NCBI RefSeq assembly: GCF_021869535.1
Contig: NW_026262712.1
Location: 105,462,001 to 105,526,000 of the forward strand
DNA: 64,000 nt
Source: Mytilus californianus
Taxonomy: Eukaryota
Direction: 5' to 3'
The translations under genes and the position numbers were made by a program. Below are positions 37,386-50,034 of the stretch, piece by piece. The notes beneath the pieces are model-generated. The model saw only the letters and a list, made by a program, of their open reading frames with translations. It ran no database searches and was not told the DNA's origin. The stretch's first letter is position 1, and each line of letters begins with the position of its first letter.

Positions 37386-39110
37386 CAGTGAAACCTGTCC
37401 AAACCGAACACCCTCGGGACTTTGTGTTTTGTTCGATTGTAGAGGTAAACGGAAGTGGATAGTTTGAAATCCTTTTGACACTGACGAAGGATCACAGGTA
37501 TTTTCATGTTGATTTCAATATTAAATAAAATAAAAATAAAACAGAGCAAAAAGATATTTATAGATGCAGAAAAAAACACAATTAAAATTCTAATAATCAA
37601 GTGCAAGTTCAAACTGTTCATCGATCCGGCTCCTCGTCAATGAAGGAGAATAATCATCCAATGTTGTCGGGTATGTAGCAAGTTTGTATTTCACAATGAT
37701 GTCCTCGGTCATTGAAATCCTTTGTTCTGTTTGATATAAGTAACGATTATCCCTATAAATAGAAACAGTTTGTCAACAAATCCAAAATACTAGTGTGGTT
37801 CATTTCCGAACCTGGTTGAACCTCTGATTGAATTTTCTGTCTACATTGTCGCATGATTCAATTAACGTATATCCAATTGATTTCCTGATAAAGTCCGATC
37901 CCAATCGCAGTCAAATGCTGATTCCGTGGCTAAATTATCACCAACATCGTCAGTTTCAGTTATTTGCACACTTGGGTCCTTTGACCTTAACTAAATAAGC
38001 TAACGGTATGTCATCATCCGGGTCTTCAGACTCATCTTCATTTGATTGGGTCTCTAAGGGGAATCCCATATCACGAAAGCATGATTCAATTGTTGTGGAT
38101 TTGGTTTTGTTTCACGACTTTTTAATTCAGTGAATGGCTTTCAGAACGTTAATATCTTTGCAAAATACAGTCAAGGAATGGCAGTTGTCAATTTGTGGGA
38201 GTAAATGTTTCTATACCTCACTTTGAATGCACGAATGATACCAAAATCAAGTGTTTGTAGTTTAGGATTCAAGTCGTATTTGCCAGCAAAACTTTAATTC
38301 GACATTACTTAGTTTTTAATTGTGCGAGGGATAAGTTGCATTTTCCAGAAAGATAACAATTTTCATAGATTTCTTTCGCATATCACAGTTGATATCCTTT
38401 GTCCATTCAATGAAAATTTGTTATTCATCCAGAATTTTATGTTAGCCTTCCAAGTCACAAGAAGCGATTTAACATCGAAGTTTCGAAAACATCTTGGTTT
38501 ATTTGCGTTACTAATGATAAAGGGTTTTAGTTTCTCGCCTTTAACACTACAACAGTATAACAGTTAGCCTCTGTTTTGACAACTTACACCCTTTGCAGTC
38601 TTCCCCACCCTCTGTTAATCTCTTGTCAAAAAGCGCACGAAAGAAAATGCCTGTTTTATCGGCATTGAACGTATCCCTCGGATCATAATCTTTAACAATA
38701 CAGGCAATTTATGTTTAAATTTTGCTACAATGTTTAAATTCACATCAGCACTTTTCCGGCAAACTTTGAAAAATCCAATACCCAATACCATATCGTAAAC
38801 GCTTACTTTCAAGCCATCCATTTGAGGCCTTAAACTCGTGTTAATTTAGCTCACGTGCAAATTCCAGCGCTTTTTCTTGTAGAATATGTCCGCTGAAAGG
38901 AATGTTCTTTTCACGAGCGTCCTTAAACCAAAGAAATAGACGTTCACTCAAATCGGAAAATTTACTTGACTGGCATGCCATTTCCGCTTACCTCCTATGT
39001 TTTCTTCGTATTGAGCACTATATGTATCTTTACGTATGTCACAAACAGTGGATTTATCAATCCCATATTTCAAACTAAATGTATACTATTTTTTTTTCAA
39101 TTGAATTAAG
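37386..39110 (-). mobile_element. Tigger/pogo DNA transposon relic (one TIR retained)
   Basis: TA-CAGTGAAACCTGTCC TIR at 37386. Broken minus-strand translation: KYGIDKSTV, LFLWFKDAREKNIPFSGHILQEKA, FKASNGWL, FNADKTG, LDFGIIRAFK (CENP-B HTH + DDE_1). Confidence 0.85.
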
Positions 39111-39189
39111 CTGTTGGTTTTCTAGTTTTAATTGTTTTACACTTGTAGCTATATATAGTAAACGACAGACAATGGGACAGAGGGTATGT

Positions 39190-39600
39190 TATTGTTGAAA
39201 AAAGGTTATTTGATCATTGGAGATTTAAAACTCATCACGTCTGTCGTAGATAATAGTTTGAAGTAATCCATCTGAGTAAATATCAAGGAAAACATCAAGA
39301 CATGAAGGATATTTTCTTTTTTCAGTAGAATCGGTAATATCAAGTTCATTGGGATATATCATAGGCAAGCACTGATCATCAATATATCGGAAAGTGAAAT
39401 AATGTAAATTCTGCTTCATACGAAAACAATAACAAGTCGGTCAGTAGGGGTGAACTATTCTAAAATAACCATTGGAATACCGACTGTCTGTTGAAAAATC
39501 ATTTCGCCAAACTCAACAAGTATGTTGTCTATAAAAAATGCCAGCAGTTTGATGGCGTGGGTGTTGTTGAAATCGCTTTAGTTCTTCACAAAGTCAGATT
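39190..39600 (-). mobile_element. Penelope-like RT fragment
   Basis: FQQTVGIPM...FTFRYIDD...YPNELDI...LDVFL...IYDRRDEF. Confidence 0.8.
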
Positions 39601-41362
39601 TTTCATGATTTTATTTTATTTTCTCATTTTTGTAGGTTATTTATGGGTGATTATTGTTCTTTAACATTATATATTTTTATATTTCAAATAGCTTGCTTTG
39701 ATAGTCATTGACGTGAAATAAATTTCTATGTATGCAAATTGTGAACAGACTTTTCACTAATGTTTTTTCCTGTGTAGAATCCTTTGGACTGATGCTTGTC
39801 TGTTTGTTGTTTTTCATTTTGATCTTGGTCTGTATATTAAACGTATGGTTGTTGATTTCCGCCTTACTATCTTTTTTTTTTGTGATTTGTAAAATGTATT
39901 AAAGATTTGTTAGTTTTAGAAAATGGTAAGTGCTAAGTAAAATAGACATTTGTGAAATCCTAATATCCTTTCCATCATCCGATTTGGGTTAACGTCAATA
40001 CCCCAGTATCCTATGTATGGACATGGTCATTAAAGGTATGTATAAAAACTAACGAAACATTGAAGCAGCAACACGCATGTTGAAATGAAAATGAAATGTG
40101 TTGAAGCAATTAATTAAAAATCAGAGAGAACAAACGCAAGTGAACTGATGAAAATATTTCATTTATTTCTCTCACATTACTAAAATTAATGCATTTTTAC
40201 CGAGAAAGGCTTTCATTAAATACCGGGAAGATAACAATCTTCCTTAAAATTAGCTGATATTATAGGAAATCACTTCGAATACTTCTGTCAACGCACCGAC
40301 TCTATTTGGAGTTTATTCGATTTCCTATGTTTTTATTTGTTACCTTAATTTGTCTTTTGATCTCTTCTGTATCGATTTATTAGACTTGAACATCGATAAA
40401 AAGTAAAATAACAAAAATACCGAACTCCAACGAAAATTCAAATCGGGAAGTCCCTTATCAAATGGCAAAATCAAGAGCTCAAACACATCAAACGAATGGA
40501 AAACAACTGTCATATGCCTGACTTGGTAAACGACTGTTGGATAAAATCGTGTTGTCTTTGATAAGTATTAAAGATGATTACAGAAGAGCACACAAATGTT
40601 AGAGGAAAATATCATCATCGTCATCAAAATCGTCGTTGTCGGTTGTTGCGTCGTAGTCGTCGTCGTTGTTTTTGTTTTAGAAAATAACATTAAGATAATG
40701 ATTCACTTTAAAATGCCCAAATTATCAAATGCAAATGCATTTACCTTATTGTGATGGCGTCATTTGAGTACCTTTGGATTAATAAAGATTTTATGTAAAT
40801 ATAATATATTATTTAGTTTCTGTAAACATTTTACATGTTTTATTTAATATCAGAATCCGAGCTAGTGATCAAATTAATCTCTTGTCTGTGTTATCTTCTG
40901 AGTACTGAAATCTCTTTATCAGATAATACGCGATTGTAATACATCTGAATAAATTTTTAATTTTTGATTATACAGTGTGATTTGAGTGAAATGTTTAATA
41001 CGGTCATGCAAAGTGTCAGTATGCTGATAACAGTTTAGCAAACACTTGCAGACGAATATCTCATAATGGATAAAACTTTAAATGGAAAAATAACGGATTG
41101 TGTTTTATGGAAAATAGACACAAAACTTAACAATTAAAGACATTAAAAAATAGTAACACGGCAACACAGTGAATATCATAAATAAGCAAGCAAATCATGT
41201 TTGTGTCTATCATGAATCAAACGTTCTCTATATTTTAAATCTATACTTAAAACATATCTCTAGAACTTTCAAAATAACAAATTTTCCATAAACTTGCTGT
41301 TTAATGTTTTAACGAACAAATATTAAGTGTATTGTACTTATACCAAATTTTAGTTATGCACA

Positions 41363-41415
<53 letters not shown>
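41363..41415. repeat. (AAT)n microsatellite
   Basis: About 17 perfect AAT units. Confidence 0.95.
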
Positions 41416-41416
<1 letters not shown>

Positions 41417-42519
41417 TATGTAAATAAATTGTTTATAAATATACAAATCAAAAATCCCCATCTGCCAATAGTGAACGCCTTGAAAAAGTTAGGTTAATGT
41501 AGGTAATCTTAAATGATAATGACGGGTGAAGGGCGCATCCTTCTTAGTCATTTATGCTTAGGGTTTATGACCCCTTCTGTAGGCCTGTGTATTATAAAAT
41601 TTTCAAAAGTGCTACAATATCAAAACAATATAAATACAGAATAAAAGTGTCGTGCCATTTTGAAAAAATATACCAAAGGGAAATGTTGTTCAAAGCATTA
41701 CTGTTAAATATTTCATTGCATTTCATAGAAAATTGGGATTTGGGGACAAATGAAGCCAAGATTTTTGAAAAACAAACCACAGACTTTATATCAGATGTTT
41801 TGGTTATAAAATTTCAAACATAGATTACTCACTTGTTTGTCCATTATGTGCTAGTGTTTATTGTCTAAAAAAAACCTTTACAATCCCAAAAAACCTCGTG
41901 CTGAGTAACTAAAGTAGAGCGCACCCTAGAAGGTGTACTTGAATGAATCCATTCTTATACTTGTTTTAACCAATCTCTTTTTTCATACTTGTTTTAACCA
42001 AGCTCTATTATGGATTCCATTGAGGACTACGCCAGAGCATGGACTAACCGAGAAGACGTTGAACTGGACACTTTGTCAGAATGGGTCAAAACAATCATAT
42101 CTCTAATAACACATCGAATTCATAAGTTGAAAAACTGTGTGAATGATCGACCAAAGTCTGTTTTCACAGACAAAGAAGCTGTGAAATGTCTACCATCTCT
42201 TTACGATAAATAAGTTGTTGTTCCTGCTGACAAAGCTTCAAATAATATTGTCTTTGTATTTAAATCGTGCTACTATGAGTGTGTTGTAAAAGAATTAGGA
42301 ATAGATGAGCACTGAGGTAATCAAACATACAAAAACATAAATAAAGACAACAGTAGTATACCGCTGTTCGAAACTCATAAATTGATAGAGATAAAAACAA
42401 ATCCGGGTTACAAACTAAAACTGAGGGAAACGCATCAAATATAAGAGGAGAACAACGACACAACAAAAACACAACATTAAAATGTAACACACACAGAAAC
42501 GAACTATAATATAACAATG

Positions 42520-42611
42520 GCCATTTTCCTAACTTGGTACAGGACATTTTAAGAAAAAAATGGTGGGTTGAACCTGGTTTTGTGGCATGCCAAACCTCCC
42601 GCTTTTATGGC
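42520..42611 (-). ncRNA. Twister ribozyme, type P5 permutation
   Basis: GCCAT-AAAA-GCGG-GAGGT-[TGGCATGCCA, AACCAGGTT]-CAA-CCC-AC-CATTTT..AAAATG-TCCTG-TACCAAGT-TAGGA-AA-ATGGC. T1 ACC/GGT, T2 AC/GT. Confidence 0.7.
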
Positions 42612-42740
42612 AACGTCAAACACAACACCAAAACGACAACATCACATGACAGGACCACAATACAAATAAATTGGAGAACATATAGGACAAAGAAACACAC
42701 GAATAATAGCTAACAAAAGGTACTAGGCTTAAAATTCAAT

Positions 42741-42784
42741 ACGCCAGACGTGCGTCTCGTCCACACAAGACCAACTAGTGACGC
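42741..42784 (-). ncRNA. Degenerate (probably dead) type-I hammerhead
   Basis: GCGTCA-CTAGTTG-GTCT..GGAC-GAGA-CGCACG-TC-TGGCGT: stems retained, core CUGAUGA and GAAA mutated. Confidence 0.6.
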
Positions 42785-44039
42785 TCGGATGAAAAATGTT
42801 TGAAAGCCAACATTTTACAAGGATGAGATTTGGGCGAATCATAACACCTTCATGGCTTCAATGAACATCACATTAAACAGCAAATCGGAGGACTTACCTT
42901 GTTTGTATTTGAGACCTAAGCCTCACAAAATTCCGTACAAACAACGGTTCATCATCTGCAAGTTCTACGAAGAAATTGTCCTTTAGCCATATCATTTTAT
43001 TTCACATTCAGATATATTGATGATGTTCTTTCCATGAACAATCCTAACTTTTTCTGATTGGGTTCCATTAATATATCCTCCAGAACTACAAATTAAAGAA
43101 ACAACAGACACGGCTTCCTTCACCTTATTTTTAGACTTTTATCTCGAATTTAACATAAGCGGTCAACTCAGTACCAGAATCTATGACAAACGAGACGATT
43201 TTGATTTTGAAATTATCAATTTCCTTCACCTTAGTAACAATATATCAACTTCACCTGCATATGGGATATACATTTCCCGACTCATTCGATATTCAAGAGC
43301 TTGCAGATGCTACTTAGACTTTATAAAACGTCACCAGTGTCTGAGCAGAAAGTTGATGAACTAAAATAAAAAAACGTCTCGTCCTTTTTCTAAAAAAAAG
43401 TTCATCGGAAGATACCAAGACCTTGTTGATAGATATTCTGTATCAACTTCACAAATAATACATGATGGTCTTGAAGTATAGATTCTAGGTACTGACGTTG
43501 TTTATCATTTTAATTACGAGCTATAGTGTTCTTTCATTTGTCTTTGTAAATTATTACCTTTACTGTTTAGTCCTTTTTTGTAATATCCCTTTGGCGTGGC
43601 TCGGTACTTATACATCCCGTCAATGTGTTATTGTGCTATGGTCATTTTTTGTATTCTTGTCTTTCTTGTCATTTTTGCTTATGTGCTTTGTCCATATTCC
43701 ATTTTGTTTTTCTTTGTTGACATATTTGTTCGTTTTATAGTGATTAAGATTATAGCACAATGTTGACTGCTGTACCCCTTTTTAATCCACCATTTTCTAC
43801 ATAAGGAAATGCCTGTGCCAAGTCAGGAATATGACAGGTGTTTTCCACTCGTTTGATGTGTTTGAGCTTTTGATTTTGCCATTTGATAAGAGACTTTCCG
43901 TTTTGAGTTTTCCTTAGAGTTCGGTATTTTTGTTATTTCACTTTTTATATACTTTATCTATCTTTTTTATTTCACTTAAAATTTCTTCACAAGTAATATC
44001 ACTGTCAAAATATGAAAATGTTTCTTCAATATATAAACC

Positions 44040-44560
44040 ACATTCAGTATTATGAGTCTGTACAAAAGTATCTACAAATTCAGAAATAAAATTACATCTT
44101 TATCTAATACATCAGGGTTCAAACGGTTACTAAAAAATAAGTGTTCAATTCTTCACTAGAAATATTTGACCTAGGCATATTAGATTTACTTGTAACTGCT
44201 TTTATCAATTTCCAAAAATTAAAAGAATCACCAGTTTTAGTAACATTACATAAATCAGTTTTCTTATTCTCTTTGTTTTTGTTTAGTATCACACAACTTG
44301 TGAAAAATATGTTTTGTTCTAACATATTCTTGTAGTATGTCAGTATCACTAGTTGCTCGAAAATCATTGAATAGTCTACATTTTTTTCTCATAGACACAC
44401 ATTCTGAACCAAACCATTTCTGTTGTTTGATAGCACGCACTCTGTGTCTATTGTACAATATTAAAAAACCCGCTTCTGTACAAATATTTTGCAAGTGAGA
44501 AATAAGTGTATTAGCAGCATCATTTGCATTGTTGTCCATTAAATCTAAAATATCATTTAA
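44040..44560 (-). mobile_element. LINE ORF2 linker fragment
   Basis: QKWFGSECVSMRKK...FWKLIK...ISSEELNTYF resembles the endonuclease-RT linker. Confidence 0.6.
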
Positions 44561-44766
44561 AAGAGGGACGAAAGATACCAGAGGGACAGTCAAACTCATA
44601 GATCGAAAACAAACTGACAACGCCATGGCCAAAAATAAAAAGACAAACAGACAAATAATAGTACAGATGACACAACATAGAAAACTAAAGACTAAGCAAC
44701 ACGAACCCCACCAAAAACTGGGGTGATCTCAGGTGCTAACGAAGTTGGATTGTCTAGGAGATCTTT

Positions 44767-45146
44767 GCATCTGGTGCAGAAAAATTGGCACCGTTTGTGT
44801 TATTACTACCACTGGGTCGATGCCTCTGCTGGAGGACTGGTAGTCCCCGAGGGTATCACTAGCCCAGTAGCCAGTACTTGGGTTCTGGCATGAAAATACG
44901 GATTTTGTGTTATTAAAGTTTGCTGTTACAAAATGTTGGAAATTATTTAAAATTAAGGAATGTATCTACCTCATGCAAAGCTCTGATTCCTTGCCCGGCT
45001 TTTGCTATACTTTTTTGTCCTTTTTGGTTTATAGCTTTTCATCATTTTAATAAGCTGTGGATTTTCAGATATTTTGGCCTCGAGCATCACTGAAGAGACA
45101 TTGATTGTCGAAATGCGCATCTGGTGCAGAAAACATTGTACCGTTT
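44767..45146 (+). mobile_element. Retrozyme-like 350-nt unit bounded by hammerhead cleavage sites
   Basis: GCATC^TGGTGCAGAAAA..T(G/T)G(C/T)ACCGTTT repeated at 44767 and 45117. Cleavage-site Cs at 44771 and 45121 are 350 nt apart. No ORF. Confidence 0.75.
45084..45127 (+). ncRNA. Minimal type-I hammerhead ribozyme
   Basis: GCATCA-CTGAAGA-GACA-TTGAT-TGTC-GAAA-TGCGCA-TC-TGGTGC: intact core, palindromic stem III, AUC triplet. Confidence 0.88.
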
Positions 45147-45424
45147 ATATTATTGCACAATTGAGCTTTGTTACTGTTCCATTTGAATCGTATCTGTTTC
45201 TAATTACAATATTCGTCAACATTTTCAACAGGTCCTATAACTGGAATATTTAAGCAACATGAATTTGGTAAATGTTTTAATATTAAAATAATGGTACACG
45301 GCCAAATTACTGACTTAAGAGACAATTTAGAAATAACAGATAATGTGTAAACTTAAGGAAAATATACATATGGATTTACAGTATTTCCCCTTGTAACCTT
45401 ATATTTGACAATTTGGCGCTTAAC

Positions 45425-46068
45425 AGATAGATAAAGTATATAAAAAGTGAAATAACAAAAATACCGAACTCTAAGGAAAACTCAAAACGGAAAGTCTCTT
45501 ATCAAATGGCAAAATGAAAAGCTCAAACACATCAAACGAATGGAAAACACCTGTCATATTCCTGACTTGGCACAGGCATTTCCTTATGTAGAAAATGGTG
45601 GATTAAACCTGGTTTTATAGCTAGCTAAACCTCTCACTTGTATGACAGTCGCATAAAATTCCATTATATTGACAACAATGTGTGAACAAAATAAACAGAC
45701 ATAATAGGAAAAAATATCAAAAAGGGGTACAGCAGTCAACATTGTGCTATAATCTTAATCACTATAAAAGAAACAAATATGTCAACAAAGAAAAACAAAA
45801 TGGAATATGGACAAAGCACATAAGCAAAAATGACAAGAAAGACAAGAATACAAAAAATGACCATGGCACAATAACACAATGACGGGATGTATAAGTACCG
45901 AGCCACGCCAAAGAGATATTACAAAAAAGGACTAAACAGTTAAGGTAATAATTTACAAAGACAAATGAAAGAACACTATAGCTCGTAATTAAAATGATAA
46001 ACAACGTCAGTACCTAGAATCTATACTTCAAGACCATCATGTATTATTTGTGAAGTTGATACAGAATA
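45425..46068 (-). mobile_element. Inverted near-identical copy of the family-C Penelope-like 3' end
   Basis: Reverse complement of 43434-43963 plus a ~100-bp segment absent from that copy. Confidence 0.9.
45551..45648 (-). ncRNA. Twister ribozyme, type P5 permutation
   Basis: CTGTCATA-CAA-GTGA-GAGGT-[TAGCTAGCTA, AACCAGGTT]-TAA-TCC-AC-CATTT..AAATG-CCTG-TGCCAAGT-CAGG-AA-TATGACAG. 8-bp P5. Predicted cut 45605/45604. Confidence 0.7.
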
Positions 46069-46677
46069 ATTGATCATTCACGTTCAAAATATTACTTTTG
46101 GTTGTATCATAGCTAATAGTTGCCTTAATCTAGGTTATAAGAATTGTTTAACTGCTATGATTGAATTAACTCTCAGAACAATTGAAGTATCAACCTGTAA
46201 CAGATGTTTAACAATTTTAAGTAATATTTAAAAGTTGTGAACTTGTCGGATGACTAGATAAAGATGTGAACCGTGTGGATATAATCATTTCCAATTATTA
46301 AAGAATGAAAAAGACAAAATATGAAATTTACAATTTTCATAATTTTACAGTACCGTTCGTCCAAGACAAGAAGCATTGCAATGTGATAGTTGTTTACGAT
46401 GACAGCATCGTCTATTCAGTTTTTCAAATATATGGTTTTATAATAGTTATATAATAGTTGCTACAAATGGTTCAAAATTATTGCACAAATATAGTGTAAA
46501 AAACTTATAATTATATATTTGCAAAGACATTCTTTTCTTTGCCATAGGGAGTTACAGGATTGTTATTAATAGTGCTTTCTGTTTATTGTTATGTAAATGC
46601 ATACCAACAGTAAAATAAAATAAATGTAAAATCTGTGTGTTTTTCATTTATACATGATTCAGTAATAAGGAAATGTG

Positions 46678-46835
46678 GAGTACGAAATGGCACTCATATA
46701 AATCTTCCTAGAGGTACGAAAGAGTATACATATAAATCTTCTATAAGGTACGAAATGTAATACAAACAATCTTCAATTAGGTACGAAATGGCATACATAC
46801 AAATCTTTCATGAGGAACGAAATGGCATACATATA
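46678..46835. repeat. ~34-bp minisatellite (GTACGAAATGGCATACATACAAATCTTCCATGAG-like); further arrays at 48275-48400 and 48745-48885
   Basis: GTACGAA recurs at 46680, 46714, 46748, 46781 and 46815. Confidence 0.85.
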
Positions 46836-46903
46836 CTTACACCCCAGTTCTATTGTTATACTTCATAGTTTCTATTTCTGAAACAAGTGTAAATTGAATA
46901 GAT

Positions 46904-47015
46904 CTATTGTTACGAATAACAAAGGATTTTGACCACAGGGTGTGACGAGCGGGGTTTCTGGAAAACCCTGCTTCTACATCCCGCAAACAAAGTCCATTGT
47001 TATTCGTAACAATAG
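46904..47015. mobile_element. 112-bp MITE-like element
   Basis: 19-bp perfect TIR CTATTGTTACGAATAACAA / TTGTTATTCGTAACAATAG. Confidence 0.7.
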
Positions 47016-47356
47016 AAATTGATTACTTTTTAAATAGCATGAACATAAGAAATTACTAATAGTGTTCACTACAAATTGTTTCAAGATATTTATTAATATA
47101 TTTTTATCCCAGTCATATGTCTCTATTCTAAAGCATTGGTCTTTTAAATAATGGGGATTCTAACTCCCGGGACAACCCCCCCCCCCCCCCCCAAACCCGG
47201 TTACCCATTGGCCGATCTGGGGTGGGTTTCCGCGGTTTGGACCCAAAAAGATCAATGCATGTGAATGGTTGGACCCCCCTTTTCTGTTGAGTTGGGAACC
47301 CCCAGCTGGATCAGCCCCTGTTTGCCCCCCAAAAAGGGAGTTCCTAAATATTAAGT

Positions 47357-47580
47357 GGGTCTCATTGGGGTCTAAGCGTGACCCGGGATTGCCGATTTTT
47401 TGTAAGCGTGACACGTGAGTCAAAATATTGTGCCGTGAAAACGGGAAATGAAGTCTAGTGGGACACGGGAAATTACAAAAAAAAATGAGAATTGCTTACG
47501 TACATAGTGTAAGCGGGATACGGGAATCTGACAGAACAGTAAGCGGGATCCGGGATCAGAACCCCCCAATGAGACCCCCT
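47357..47580. mobile_element. MITE-like element with internal AAGCGGGA/AAGCGTGA subrepeats
   Basis: TIR GGGTCTCATTGGGG / CCCCAATGAGACCC, with TTAA close to both ends. Confidence 0.55.
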
Positions 47581-48412
47581 ATTAAATCTCTTTCTTTGTA
47601 TGTTGAGCGTGTCTGGTAGTCGGGTCACACCTATCCCTTAGTATGTCTGAATATGAATGTTTGTTTATTCTCGAGAAGAGGGAGGTTATAAAACCATAAG
47701 ATATAAAATACAGTTATGATTACCTTTATTACACTGATACCGGTCAGTACTTTGGGTTATAATATTGCCTTTATCTTAAGTCTCTTCTACCAAATCCAAC
47801 GCTTGCCACAAAATGTCGTCCGTCTTATACCCGTCCATATTGACAACTGCATACAAGGAACATGATGTATTGTTTGTTTGTAATAAGAATACACGAAACG
47901 GTCAACCTTGACCCTCTGGTCCATATTAGCACAGGATTTAACGGATATATGCAAAACAACTTGACATTTGTAAAATATACTCACTTGTCAAAGTTTGAAC
48001 GAAGATAACCAAAGAAAGGTTACTAGTGGGGTTTCATGTAATAAAAAAAAATCTTATAAATCATGGTTTGGTATTGTCAAAGTACGGCCTTCAACACGGA
48101 GCCTTGACTCACACCGAACAGCAAGCTATAAAGGGTCCCAAAATGACTAGTGTAAAACAATTCACACAGGAAAACCAACGGTCTAATCTATATAAAAAAC
48201 GAGAAACGAGAAACACTTATGAACAACACCAACAAACGACAACCACTGAAAAACAGGAGGTACAGTAAGGTATAGTAGAAATGGCATATATATAAATACA
48301 TGTACTAGTATTCCATAAGGTACGAAATGGCATACATACAAATCTTCCATGGGGTACGAAATGGCATACATATACATATTCTATGAGGTACAAATTGGCA
48401 CATATTAGATTA

Positions 48413-48737
48413 TTTTCATATTACCGACTTTTGACTCCGGATTATATAATTTGTCGACTGGTTACCTTGGACATCATGATACCAAGTCAGGTAAGAGCAA
48501 GCTAAAGAAGTAAAACCAAGCTTTCAATCGGTACAATTTTGGGGGGAAATTACCTGGTTAATATTTTTTTTACTACAAAATCATCGGAAAACACAGTAAA
48601 CAATCCCCTCAAATTACACCGATTATATGTTTGATTTTACTTATTTTGGTTGCTCTTACTTGACCGAGTACCATGATGTCCAGGGTAACCAGTCGACAAA
48701 TTATATAATCTGGAGTCAAAAGTCGGTAATATGAAGA
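48413..48737. mobile_element. ~325-bp MITE with ~85-bp TIRs inserted in the 34-bp satellite
   Basis: TTCATATTACCGACTTTTGACTCCGGATTATATAATTTGTCGACTGGTTACC... and its reverse complement. TA on both flanks. Confidence 0.8.
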
Positions 48738-50034
48738 TAGTTTATAACATACATAGAAATCTTCCATGTGGTACGAAATGGCATACGTAGAAATATTTGA
48801 TGAGGTACGAGATAACATACATAGAAATCTTCCATGTGGAACGAAATGGCATACGTAGAAATATTCCATGAGGTACGAAATGACTATAATTCTACAATAA
48901 TAGGCAGGTGATTTTTCAATATATAAGGCTTTTAATAGCACAGGTTTTGTAAACTTTTCGAAGTTTGGTGTCTAATTTTGATGGGTTTTGGGTGAAAATA
49001 TTTAACGATAACTTTAGATTTTTTAGGATTTCAAATGTCTGGCTTCGAATACCAATGACGTGAATTAAAATTTGTGGTGCGCAAATTGCATATAAGATTA
49101 CATTAGGTGTCTTATTACTTTACAGTAGAGCAATATGACTGATTTTCTAATTACTTTATTCATCATAAATATGGTGATTTGAAATAAATTGTAATAGCAG
49201 TTATCAGAATTTTTTATTGAAATAAGCGAACGACTATAACTTAGTCTATGAGTTACTGCAATGGAATTCTCGTATAGTCGTTGTCCAATCCCATTTGTAA
49301 AATATGAAAAACTGGCATTCTTTTTGCTAAAAAAAATATATATACAATTTAGTATGTTTTGTGTTTGCATATTTTTATGATCGGATAGATCCCGGTCTTA
49401 AGTGATCGAGGTATACAGCATTACAATGTTCTTCCTTTTGAATCTACCAGTTGTCTTACCAATATTCTTAACGCCTGTAGATATTGATCAAATTTCTGGT
49501 TAGTAGTGAATAATGATTGCTTACAGAAAAGGATGTTTTTCTTTTCTGTTGATCGCATTTTTCCAGAATTAAGATTTAACAATTTTCATAAAAACTGTAA
49601 CTGATTTCACGTGGAATGGTATAGCCTTAATCTCACGAGACAGCTTCTGTCGAAGTTTTGTGTTTAAAGTTTTACATTTAGATTCAATATATGATTAACA
49701 TATATTTTCGTTATATCGAAAATATATAAATATAAGAATAAAATTATGTGTTTTTGAAAAAAAAAATGCGAAGTGAAAGTAAGTGACCATCACATTTTAG
49801 CGCTTCGTGGTTACTTGCTTTCATTTTGTATAAATTTAAAAGAAAAAAATCAACATTCAATTTTATAGTAAAAGTGCATTTACAAATCTAAATCAGAAAA
49901 CATTATTGTACTACCGTTCCATCCCTTTTTCAATTGAATAAAAACCTAATAAGGGTAGCAGATAAAACTAGATAAAACGAGTGTTTGCAATTTAATCAGA
50001 CTTTCTCTCAAGTATTGTCACATTAACCTATTAT

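Larger units (their letters stand above)
42339..42810 (-). mobile_element. ~470-bp inserted repeat (family D) carrying a degenerate hammerhead and a twister
   Basis: Interrupts the Penelope-like ORF between TYKNI and FYKDEI. Its 3' end is homologous to 60400-60590. Confidence 0.75.
42005..43963 (+). mobile_element. Penelope-like (Naiad-type) element, internally deleted, family C, with nested insertion
   Basis: VVVPADKASNNIVFV, LPCLY..PK.HKIPYKQRFI, FTFRYIDDVLS, IYDKRDDF, PAYGIYIS.LIRYSRAC. ORF ends right after the RT thumb with no GIY-YIG. Confidence 0.88.

Noticed and set aside
47150-47345. GC-rich, homopolymer-rich patch as a regulatory island
   Set aside because: It looks like a degenerate or low-quality copy of a common short repeat; no supportable function.
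47720-48030. Possible minus-strand small exons (…VNMDGYKTDDILWQALDLVEET*)
   Set aside because: Splice-like signals are present, but there is no recognisable domain or link to the cystatin exon.
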